Assembly (NCBI GenBank): GCA_002256025.1
Contig: NKIB01000025.1
Coordinates: forward strand, 1 to 35,796
Length of the DNA: 35,796 bases
DNA from: Asterionella formosa
Taxonomy: Eukaryota
Direction of reading: 5' to 3'
In this document: positions 11,642 to 21,874 of the stretch, piece after piece
How positions within the stretch are numbered: the first letter of the stretch is position 1
How the letters are laid out: each line of letters opens with the position of its first letter
Position numbers and translations under genes: made by a program
The notes under the pieces: generated by a model
The model's input: the letters and a program-made list of their open reading frames with translations, nothing else
What the model was told of the DNA's origin: nothing
Databases searched by the model: none

Positions 11642-14286
11642 GCCTCGAAATAAGCCCTTTTTCGAAATTTGTTTCTACGTCGGAGTGTTAATTATGTGGT
11701 TACTTCACATGAAATAATGTGATTTCACAAAAAAACTTTGCACTATAGACTGAATTAGTTGATGTTTCAAATAATTCATTCAAAGTTCAACTAGCTAAGT
11801 CCTGCTCTTGAGGCTATTTTCATAATTCATTTACGACATGCATCTTCCTTTGTGAAATAGTAAGGATATTTGTGGTGTCTTAATTCATGCTACAGTAGGC
11901 GGTGTCTTAATTCAGCTAAGGTTTATGGTTGTGCACTTCACATAAATAATATTTACTATTATACTGAACAAGATTACTTGTTGTGGTTTCATGTGGTGCT
12001 GATGGTTCACAATCATATGGTTATTTCCAAGGCAGGAATAGTTGATGTTACAACTAAACATTTTAAAAGTTCAAGATAAATTTTTTAGAGGATAAATCAT
12101 TGCAAAAGACAACTTCACTACTACGTAATTGTTTGATTGCAATCTGCCCTTATTTGATTGAGAAAAATGGAGCGAAATGGATCTCGAGAAAAATTGTGAC
12201 ATGATTCGTGCTGTAAGCAATAACCAACCCTAATGAGCACAAAACAGGTACAGAACGAATCATTTAGTATTGAATTTGAAATGCTAAACTAAATATCTAT
12301 TCGAATTAGTGTGTGTTATCGACTGCAAATTTTCGGAGTGTCATCGGGCATGAATTGATGGAGAAAATCGAAGCGATGTGGTTGTCGGCAACTGGGTGCA
12401 TGAAGCATACTATCAACAATCATCCTTACCATCGATATTGTCAGCATCCAATATGAATTCTCTTATTCTTTTACATAAACTATATTTCGTATGAATTCTA
12501 AAGATACAAAATATATGAATAACATACCTGTACTGTGAATATGTCTGGAATGGCATTGTGATGCTGAGTGTGTTGACCTCAGCTAATGAATAGGTATGGA
12601 ACCAGGTTCCTGGGACCAGGTATTGGTATAGAAGGCCTACACAGCACTATGATACATACCACATACTACTACCAGTACCAGGTACCAGACATACATACTA
12701 ACAAATAGCTATACTGTATGGTACCACCATGTACTCCTGGCTGGTAGGAACCAGGTCGTTGTTACAAGTGTGAGACTGCAGGTTTGCCCTACCAAGTATT
12801 TCCGTCTTCTTCCCCTTCTTGTTGCAATAGGAATTATGCCGTTCGTACTACGTGCATACTGTGGAACTGTAGGTTGCTTTGCCCTACCAGCATTCCCGTC
12901 TTCCCCTTGTTACAATAGAATATGGCGTTCGTACTGTGAATATCTTAAGAGAAAACATTGGCTGTGGCCTCTCCTTCTTGTCATATTTGTTGTAGATCAC
13001 ATTTGTAGCATCAGAATTTTTCCTGACGAAGTAAGACTGCGCCAGGTTTTTTCGTGTAGATTGTAGGTTCTGTTGGTACAACGATGAAGTCATGGCTGCG
13101 CCAGGATTTTTGACCCCCTCTGAATTCATGAAGACAACATTTAACCACCACTGTGCACAAAATGTTGTTTTCAACATGGGGACGACCCTTAAAACCAGCA
13201 TCCCCCTTCTAGCTTTTCAGTTCCAAACCATTAACAAATCCTTCATCAGCCAAGAACTCAGATATTGTTTGTTGCAACAACAGAAGTTGGAATAATGCAA
13301 CATTGAGATTGTAAGCAATCGATGCTTTTAAGGTAAGATTTATTTGCTTACTATTTTTGCTATCATATCACCAAGCGAAGGATAATTCATACTGATATGC
13401 TGTTGTTTTCAAAATTCATTTGACATTTGAACAGGCCTTTTCAGAAAAGGAGTGTTCTTTGGAAAGCATGAGTGATAGAGGGTGAAATGATACAAAATGG
13501 AGACCCGCAATTGAGGCCTTTAAGGTAAGCAAGCTCAATCTTCAGTTTTTGTAATTGTATCAGCAAAGCGAGCGATAAATCACATGGTTCTGTTATTGTT
13601 GTCTACATTTATTTTACATTTTAGCTGTCCATTTCACAACAGGAGCATTCTTATGAACGCCGCGAGTTGTGGTGCTGCCTGGTTGTTGCCGGTTTGTTGT
13701 TTGAATTCGACTGCCCTGAGGAACAGTTGAATACTACTACATGTGTGTGTTGCTCTCTGCTGTTGCTGGTTCTATCAAATGAATTACTGACACACTGTTG
13801 TTATGTAAATCTTTGCAGGTCAATGAATAAGTCATTTCAACGACAAGAAGGAAGCCAGTGTGTGATGCATTCATGTTGCAACTTGGCACAATGATGCCTG
13901 TTCAAGAGTGAATAATTTTTCCCTTCTGGATGAATGGATTCTCTTCGTCTTGCAATGTCCTTATAGATGTCTCATAATGCATGCCTTCTCAAGACTGAAG
14001 ATTCCATTCTGATAGAACAGCTTTGTTTGATTGCATATCGAGATTTGTTTCCCATGTAATGTGGAATACCGGTGGTTGAATTAGCAATCAAGGTGATCAT
14101 GTAAGATAATGATGATCAGGAATGCATGCATGATACTCTGATCAAATAATTAATGTGATGATGTATTCATATAATATATAGATATATTTAAGTAAGCATT
14201 TTGATGTGTTCAACTAATTCATGTGATCCATTCAAAATCAACTAGGCTTATTTACGCCATGATGGTCACTTCATGTAATATGCGGC
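11642..14286. mobile_element. Probable decayed DNA transposon flanked by TTA/TTA; its left end recurs at 35585
   Basis: TTA|GCCTCGAAATAAGCC at the left and TAATATGCGGC|TTA at the right give a short, imperfect TIR. The gaattagttga motif (~11752) recurs inverted as tcaactaattc (~14210). The left ~140 bp is homologous to 35585-35785. The right boundary is tentative. Confidence 0.5.
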
Positions 14287-14351
14287 TTAGATGCACCTTA
14301 TCCAATACAGTACACAGCACAAACAACCGAATTTCTTGTGTGGCCACTTCA

Positions 14352-14404
14352 AAAACATTGGAGGACACACAGAAACCCTGTTTCTGCGTGTCCTCCAATG
14401 TTTT
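14352..14404. repeat. Hairpin: 25-bp arms (1 mismatch), 3-nt loop
   Basis: aaaacattggaggacacacagaaac-cct-gtttctgcgtgtcctccaatgtttt. Confidence 0.92.
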
Positions 14405-14720
14405 CGGTCACAAGAATCCAATTGAATATTCGATTTTAGTTTTACACTGACACGACTACCTGGTAGTAGAAATGTTGTGTTGCTGCATGATACACTTACC
14501 AGTACATTATTACAAAATTTGTTGTTGCAACTGCTGCTGTTGCCATTGTTGCATTCATGATTGTTGCTTCATTTCACTGTGTTGCTTCTTCTCCAAACGT
14601 CTTATGTCCTTGCCCACCATTCCATCATCTGTTCCTCTCTTGGCAGGAGGCAGCAGCGCAAGCAATAAACTTGCTGAATCAATTGGCGTCAATCTCTATA
14701 ATGCACCAGCCATTTCCATC

Positions 14721-15700
14721 ATTCATGAAAGTGACGAGGATGAAGGAGACAAGGACAAAAGTGATGATGACAGCATAATCCTGTCGTTACTCTCTTCTGG
14801 AGAGGAAAACACATTCGAAAAGCGCAAGTTTTAGAGAACACAGTACAAGAGGAAGTCCAAAGAATCAAGCAAATGGTGGACACGTTTTCTTGACCCTTCC
14901 ATTAAAGCCATTTATTGGACCGAACCAAATGGAAGAGAAGCGATAGATTCAGGAGAATGTTCAGAATCCCATATTCCGTTTTCAGAGATCAGCTTCTTGA
15001 TTTAGCTGTTGAAAAATGGTGGCTTTTATGGAAGGCCGACAAAGTTGACTGTTGTGGCCTTCCAGTGGGCGACTTTGAGTTTAAATTACTTGGAGCTCTA
15101 TTTATACTTGGGATAGCTGCTACTCATTTTGTTGTTAGTATGAACACAAATTTGAGTGAAGAAACACATCGCTCATTCATCTACATGCCAAGAAGTTATG
15201 ATGAACAATACAGTTTTGTGGTCAATGAATACCGTGACATTGGACTCCCTGGATGTGTTCTTGGTTCAGTTGATTGTGTAGTTCTTACACATTGGCTGGG
15301 ACCATTGCTCTAGTCAATATTTTCACATGTAAACAGGCAAAGAGGGTGTTCCATCCATTGCATATGAGGTCATCTGCACAAGCCGAAAATTCATTCAGGC
15401 AGTTTCACCTAGCCATCCTGGAGCTAAAAATGATGAATACATAGTCAGAACCGATGTTGCAGTGCTGAAACTTTTACAAGGCGATGAATGGCTACACTCA
15501 AAAGGATGAAGTGCAGTAGTGAGCATAGCAGGGACTATCAATCATTTCATGGGCTATACCTTATTTGCAATGGCGGATATCTTTGCTGGCCATGTCTTCT
15601 ATATCCTTTAAAAACAGGACTTGCTGGAAGTCAGACAATGAGGTGGTCAGCTATGCTTAAGTCTGTTCGCAAAGACATTGAAGGAGTCTTTGGTATTTGG
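14721..15700 (+). pseudogene. Degraded PIF/Harbinger DDE transposase (Plant_tran/DDE_Tnp_4-like)
   Basis: Fragments across frameshifts and stops: FRRMFRIPYSVF, GLPGCVLGSVDCV..HW, YLICNGGY and SVRKDIEGVFGI. These match the Harbinger consensus FRRRFRM / GFPGMLGSIDCMHW / YLADGIY / RKDVERAFGVL. Confidence 0.88.
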
Positions 15701-16422
15701 TATGACTTGTCCCCTTTCAGTGATTCAATAGCTCCTTTTCGATTTGGTGGCCGGCCAACCATCAATGTGGAAAAAAGAAATCGGTAAGTGCTATCAGCCA
15801 TCTTTGGATCAATCCACAAATGTTAGAAAAACTGACACATGTGTGTTGCTTCTTTCAGGATAATGGTAGACAAACAGTTTTTGTAAGTTACAAGCAGCAG
15901 TGTTGTAGCCCATTTATCGATCGATACTTTCTCATTCAATCTTCAATTGATACATTCTTTTACAGAAATATGCATCAGTGACTTCCTCAATTTGTGGTAA
16001 GTGAAGATAGAAGCGAAATGCATGTTGTTGTGTAAGCTAAACATGAACAGCTAACAATCATGAATTGCTTCTCTTTGTTAGTATGGCTGATTGGAACAAC
16101 AAAACGGATTCAATTGTAATGGGAAAATGCGTGAATGCAAACTCAGATCGATCAGGAGGAGTAAATGGAACAAAGCAGAGGAACAACAGCAAGGCAACCA
16201 GTACAACAACCTTCAGAATAGGATTGGGGGGGGGGAAGGTGGAAGAGAATGCTGAAGCACCAATCATTGTGATGAGAGCATTGTAGAACATTCTGTAGCC
16301 ACTCAAGATATAGAAACATAAAACCATTCTTAAATATAGTTCTAAATTTCGATCAATTTCATCCTCCTATATTCATCATAGTTGTTATTTGCAGACTTAG
16401 TTTATTAACTTAATCTTTATCA

Positions 16423-17262
16423 TCAGCAGCCTTCTTGGGATCCCAGACTTCTATAGCTAGTCTGTGACCTTTTCTCTTGGTCCCCATCATTAACGATTAT
16501 CACTTGAACATCTGCCTTGTATGTTTGTGGGTTTCTTGGCATTGCTTTAAAAAAAATTCGCACTTGAGAAGCATATTCTGAATCAGTTATTGTTGGCTTC
16601 ATCCTGTCCAACAGGTTCAAGGTTTTTTCTAGGTCATCCAGCGGGCCCTGTCGATGCAACACATTAGCAGTCTCTTCCAAAGCTTTTGCTGTATGTAGCT
16701 TTGCCCACATGCTTTGAGTAATCAAGGTATTTTTGTGCTTGATTTTCCTAGATTTGCGATCCATACAGTGATCTTCATGCTTTCGAGCTGCTCGAGGCAG
16801 TGGAATGCTGATTGCATCGCCAAGCACCACTGCAACATGGGGTGTCAACTTTGGGTCCCTGCGAAAAATTTTAGCTGTCAATGTTCTTGTTGTATTACCA
16901 GAATTGGGGAGGAAGCTTGTTTTCGATTCAGGGGTGATGCTCAACTTGACCTTTCTGTTCAAGGCCAAATCCTTTCTGAACTCTTTGATCATCATGTCAT
17001 TACATGTGTTGTGGAAGACTTTGCCACTCTTCATAGAATCAAAATTTACTGGCAACAAAGGGATAACGGCACACCTCATCTTGCTCCTTGAATAAAAATA
17101 GTATCGGTAAAGAGCTTCAGAGGTCATTGGTTCATCCTTTTTCTTAAAGGAGCAAGCAAAATATTTCCGGGATTCAACCGAAAAATGCGTAGAGTCTAAT
17201 GCTGCAATGATTGCCTGCTTATATGCCAATAGATAAGCCATCTCGTTTGCTGTTTTGTTCAT
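16423..17262 (-). mobile_element. Probable second (DNA-binding/accessory) ORF of the Harbinger element, likely decayed
   Basis: A 279-aa basic ORF convergent with the Harbinger transposase relic, matching the two-gene layout of PIF/Harbinger elements. No domain was positively recognised. Confidence 0.45.
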
Positions 17263-17356
17263 AGATGCAAGCCAGTCATAACATGCATACCTGGATATGG
17301 GCTAGCAGAGAAATATTGGAGCATGCCTCTGGTGAGTAGGAAGAGTACCTCAGGTA

Positions 17357-17389
17357 ATCTCCATACTACCAAGCTGGTAGTATGGAGAT
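17357..17389. repeat. Perfect 15-bp-arm hairpin, 3-nt loop
   Basis: atctccatactacca-agc-tggtagtatggagat. Confidence 0.92.
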
Positions 17390-17440
17390 GACAAATATGA
17401 CCAATACATACTATGTATGTGGCCACCAGACTTGAGTGAA

Positions 17441-17647
17441 TGGATTTATGGGAGGCTGCCTACTGATGCTACAGACAGTATTTATTTCAAACAGGGCAGG
17501 TAATAAATTTATGAGCAATCACACATTAGTAGAAGTAAACAATTGGATTTATGGGACGAGGCTGCCTAGTACTGCTGCTACAGACAGTATTCATTTGAAA
17601 CAGGGCAGGTAATAAATTTATAGAGCACACATAGAAGTAAACAATTG
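17441..17647. repeat. Imperfect tandem duplication, ~103-bp unit x2
   Basis: tggatttatggga..gctgccta..gctacagacagtatt.attt.aaacagggcaggtaataaatttat..agaagtaaacaattgg occurs twice back to back. Confidence 0.9.
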
Positions 17648-18019
17648 GTAACTGTATTTCTCTGTGTCTGCATCATACTATGCTTTTGTTGTGATATGTT
17701 CAGTGTTTGTTTATATTTTGCTTACTTAATATGAAAAGCAGGAAGGTCTGGTAATCATCCCACATTAAACTATTTCCAGGTTCTCACTAGGATGTTGAGG
17801 AGAATCTTTTCGTGAATAAAGGGGAGTATAATAATATGAATATTATTCTGTGGCTCACCAGTACCAGCAAGTTATGGTAATTTTGTTGTACTAAGGAATA
17901 AGCTGTCGTTATCCCATATTAAAATATTTATTTAAGCAAAATGACCGCATCTGGTTGCTTTACCTGCAAGTTGCGGTCATTTTCCTGAAATGGACAAAGT
18001 GTTACCGGACAGCACAGGT

Positions 18020-18820
18020 CAGTGATATTATGCTGCAGTAAAACTGCGGGCTTTTTATAGAGAATGACAGGCAGTATACTGGTATACTGTATTCACGTGG
18101 CGAACAGTTAAGTATTTCAATATTGAAATGACAGTACCAGGGGTATACCAGCACTTATACTGATACTGCTTCCAAAGCATTATTCTTATTGTCACTCAGT
18201 CATTTGCGACCGCTCGCGCGCAATTTTTTCGGCCAATAACAAAGGATGCAGCAGGCAATAATGGCAGCTACTTAAGTGCTTTGGTTCAATCATATTAATC
18301 TACGACTTGATCATCATCCATCCCTAATGTGATAGTCATACCCATTGCTTTACTGACCACAACCTCATTCCAGTTATGTCTATTCATTTTTAGAAATAGC
18401 ATCGCTTCAAACACAGTAGGTGATGTTAACTTTCTCAAACAAGTAAGAATGTGCTTGGCAATGGAAAAGAGCCTTTCACAACTAACAGAAGTACCAAGGA
18501 GGAGGTCAAGACAAATATAATTTATTTAGTATGCCGATTTTTTCTATTTTGGTGTTGCTTAATAGGCAGCCCAAGCATTCAACAGAATTTCGCTCTCCAA
18601 TGCTAGAAGACATGCCGGATTTTCTGAAGATTCCTACATAGGAGTATACTGGCAGGCTAGCAGACCAGTATACTGTACTGGCAAAAATTTGGAGCAGTAT
18701 GGAATTTGGAATATAGAATGACAGTATACTGGTAAACTGATACTGTGTCTGGAGCAGTATCAGTATCCAATACCGCAGTATACTTTCACCAACCTCTGCC
18801 AGACAGCGACATATTTTATC
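18020..18820. mobile_element. MITE-like relic with degenerate inverted ends rich in CAGTATACTG motifs
   Basis: cagtaaaactgcgg (~18035) versus ccgcagtatact (~18773), and atactgatactgcttcca (~18157) versus tggagcagtatcagtat (~18750), both in inverted orientation. Boundaries approximate. Confidence 0.45.
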
Positions 18821-18922
18821 ATAAATAGTACTAAAGGACATCTTCTATTCATAGCACGAGCGATTCAGCGAAATAAATAGCGGAATTCCACTATTTTCAA
18901 AAACGAGAATACAAAGCAGCAG

Positions 18923-19005
18923 ATGACTATGACTTTCAGGAAAACATTATGGCTTTCAGGAAATTCCTATGACATTTCCTTGGGATTCCTGAAAGTCATA
19001 GTCAT
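18923..19005. repeat. Perfect 20-bp inverted repeat with extra partial copies
   Basis: atgactatgactttcaggaa (18923-18942) and ttcctgaaagtcatagtcat (18986-19005); further ctttcaggaa and ttcctgaaa copies lie inside and adjacent. Confidence 0.92.
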
Positions 19006-19157
19006 TTCCTGAAATCGCATAAGTGCAAAAAATTGAAGATCAATGCAAAAAGGGATATAAGTGTTTATAATGGCAATGATAGCAAAAATTGACGACTCCA
19101 ATGTCATTACAATTTATGGTGGCCTCGTTCTATCTCGTAACAACTGCTGGTTCCAAG

Positions 19158-20251
19158 TCCTGATAAAAGGTGCTGAAAACGCGTCATCATGGAAAAGAGG
19201 AATCTATCTGAAAGGAATCTTAGCCTATCTCTCCCCCACCTTGATCGTTTTTCGATATTTCTTGTGATGTATTATTTACAATATATACATTTTATAAGAA
19301 TTCATATATTTCCTAGCCGGCGTTTTATTTTTAAGCAAACTCATATATTACCTTGCTGGCATTCCATTCCACGATTTACAGCATAATACGGTTGTTGTCT
19401 CAAAGGCATAAAAAGTTAATGCTCAACGCTGGGGGACCACTGCCGCATTGCTTTGTTCAGGTTCCAATCGATCAATGTTTTACTCATCATCGTGTTCATT
19501 TTTTGTTTGAATTTCCCACCTTTGGCCGGTCTGTGTTTGTTTAGGTGACTCGGATACTTTCTGATCCGTTGCGGTGCCTTCCGTTGCATCGCCAGTCTCT
19601 TATTCAAATCATTGCAGAAAAAATAAAGCAACTTGTTTGATTTTACAGATATCTGGTGCTTACTAGCTATGTGTCAGGCTACATAGTACAGTATGAGGAG
19701 TCAGATTTGATATTGCAGAGACAAAACCGATACATACACCAGGCATTTCCACTTATACTGGTATTCTAGACTCTACACTATATACTGGTACTGGTATATC
19801 TTTCATTACATCAAATCTGATGAAATCCAAATCAGCTGAATCAACAGTAATACTGGTACCCTGGTAAAGTAGGTAAAATCTGCTGGATCGAAATGACTTG
19901 ATGGATGTTAGATATGTATCTGATGCTAACGGTACTAGTCTAGTACAGTACAATATCCAGTACCAGGGGACCACAGTTTGAACCAGTTTACAAAGTGTCA
20001 GGCATATGTATTGAGGCAGGTAGTAGGCACAGGTACAAAGCTACACTGTACCAGGACCACTGTTTGAACCAGTATATACAGAATTGTGCATGTGTATTAG
20101 ACATGCAGGCGCAGGTCTGAACACTAGTCTTTGCATTGTTTGATCAAGATTCCGTTTCCTCATGTGCTTCCACCTCCTGGAATCTTTTTTCTACATGGAA
20201 AATATATTAGTGACATAGATGATGATGTGTTTTCAGCACCTTTTATCAGGA
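19158..20251. mobile_element. Segment bounded by 33-bp inverted repeats (outer 23 bp perfect); candidate MITE
   Basis: tcctgataaaaggtgctgaaaacgcgtcatcat (19158-19190) versus the reverse complement of 20219-20251, 31/33 identical. No clear target-site duplication. Confidence 0.6.
19962..20125. repeat. Degenerate tandem duplication, ~88-bp unit
   Basis: accag..gaccac.gtttgaaccagt...gcat.tgtatt...ggc.caggt occurs twice. Confidence 0.7.
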
Positions 20252-20379
20252 TCCTTACCAAGTCAATGCGCTTAAACAAACAAAAATAATTGGAAGGAAC
20301 TCTTTGCCAACTTTCCATTCCAGTGGTAAAACAGAATTTGAGAGGATAGCAGGGAATGAGAACAGATATGCAAGACATG

Positions 20380-21020
20380 CTATGGAAAGAGCAGCTGATG
20401 AAACTCCAATGAAATCAAAGAAAAATGCAAGACAGAGACATGCAATTACCAACAAGCTAGGAGAAGGAAGCAATTGCCAGACAAGACAAGGAAGCAATTG
20501 CCAGACCAGACAAGAAAGAGTGGATCAAGTTAATTAAAAAAGAAAATGAAAACTTCCAGTCGACGAGAGAATTTTGGAAAGTTGTCAGAGTCACACTGTT
20601 AAGAAAGAACACCAAAAACGAGATGGGTGTTCCGAATTTAAAAATGTCATGTTGACCGGTGAGACCATTTCCAAAGCAAATTGGTCGATACGGTATAGAA
20701 AAGGTGTCGATTTACAGAGATATTTGCTCATGTCACAAGTGATGCAAAAATCAAACCGGTACTGGCAGTAATGATGGTCAATGCTTTGCGAGGGGAGGCC
20801 ACCGGTATTTACGTGGAAGAAGCATTATTAAATGCTGACGTTGACAAGGACATTTATCTTAAGCCCCCTCAATGTTTAGTCCAAGTTGATTCCGATACAC
20901 ATGTTTGCAACTTTGTGAAAGCTGTCAACGAGATAGTACAAGCTCCACGATACTGGTCCAAGACGTTTGCAAAATGTGTCATCAAAAAACCAGGGTGAGC
21001 CAAATTGCCCTTTGTTAATT
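20380..21020 (+). pseudogene. Ty1/copia LTR-retrotransposon reverse transcriptase (RVT_2) remnant
   Basis: Fragments EWIKLIKKENENF..FWKVV, KTRWVFRI, GVD/FTEIFAHV and VEEALLNADVDKDIYLKPP..VCNFVKAVNEIVQAPRYW match the copia RT consensus DV.TAFLN.L.E.IY..P / KALYGLKQAPR.W. Contains frameshifts and stops; truncated before YVDD. Confidence 0.88.
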
Positions 21021-21874
21021 AATTAACACGACGGAACAAGAATGAACGAATTGATCGATTACGGTCCTTGCTAATTACCGGTGGTACCAGGTACCCCGGT
21101 AGGAGCGAAAACTTTATATCGTTCCGCAAACCCTAACCCCTATCGTCATGATGTTACCTTGAATGTGTCTAGGGTTAGGGATACAGTTACCGGTAGGGAC
21201 GAATGATTGCAATACTGGTACCAGGTACTGGTACTTGGGGTAACGAAAAATCATTTTCCTACTTACTATTGGACAAACAAATTTTGCAATTTCACGACCA
21301 TTTAGCCATTTTTGAATTCTCGACAATACTGTACACCTTTGATACGGACAAATGAAAATAAGTAAGGGACATTTGCTAAATGACGATGTTTTTGTATTTT
21401 GGTTTCATGTACCGGTAGACTTAGCGGATGACCCACGATCAAACGACATTTTCAAACACGTATAATGAAAGACGAAAATGAAAAGTGGTGTACATAGGAC
21501 ATAGCATGGATGACTGTTTAGCACTGAAAAGGCATTTGACCCAACAAGAAAGCAACAACCCTCAAGCAGGCATCAAACAAAAACAATTCGATTTGATTCG
21601 TCCACTGTCGGAAGCGAACGAACAAGGGGACATTGCTCTGTTCAGTGATTAACAGGCCGGTATTTTGGCTTCTGGACGGATACCAAATGTCGCGTCAGTA
21701 CCTTTCGGTTTCGACAGGAAATCCCTCGATTATTCTAGATTTACATGCTTGCCTTTTCCTTGATCATCATATTTCAAAGTTGATAAAATAATAATTTATG
21801 AAAAGAAGATAAGAGCAAAAGAATCACAAATTCCGTATATATTCGATTCATTTGCTTCAGGAAATAAATCAAAG

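Noticed and set aside
14472..14834. Cys-rich ORF resembling a metallothionein
   Set aside because: It arises from TGT/TGC-rich low-complexity sequence inside a decayed transposon; only the acidic 3' part plausibly belongs to the transposase N-terminus.
17441..17647. Possible CRISPR-like repeat-spacer structure in this and other direct repeats
   Set aside because: Only two degenerate tandem units, no unique spacers, no cas genes, and a eukaryotic context.
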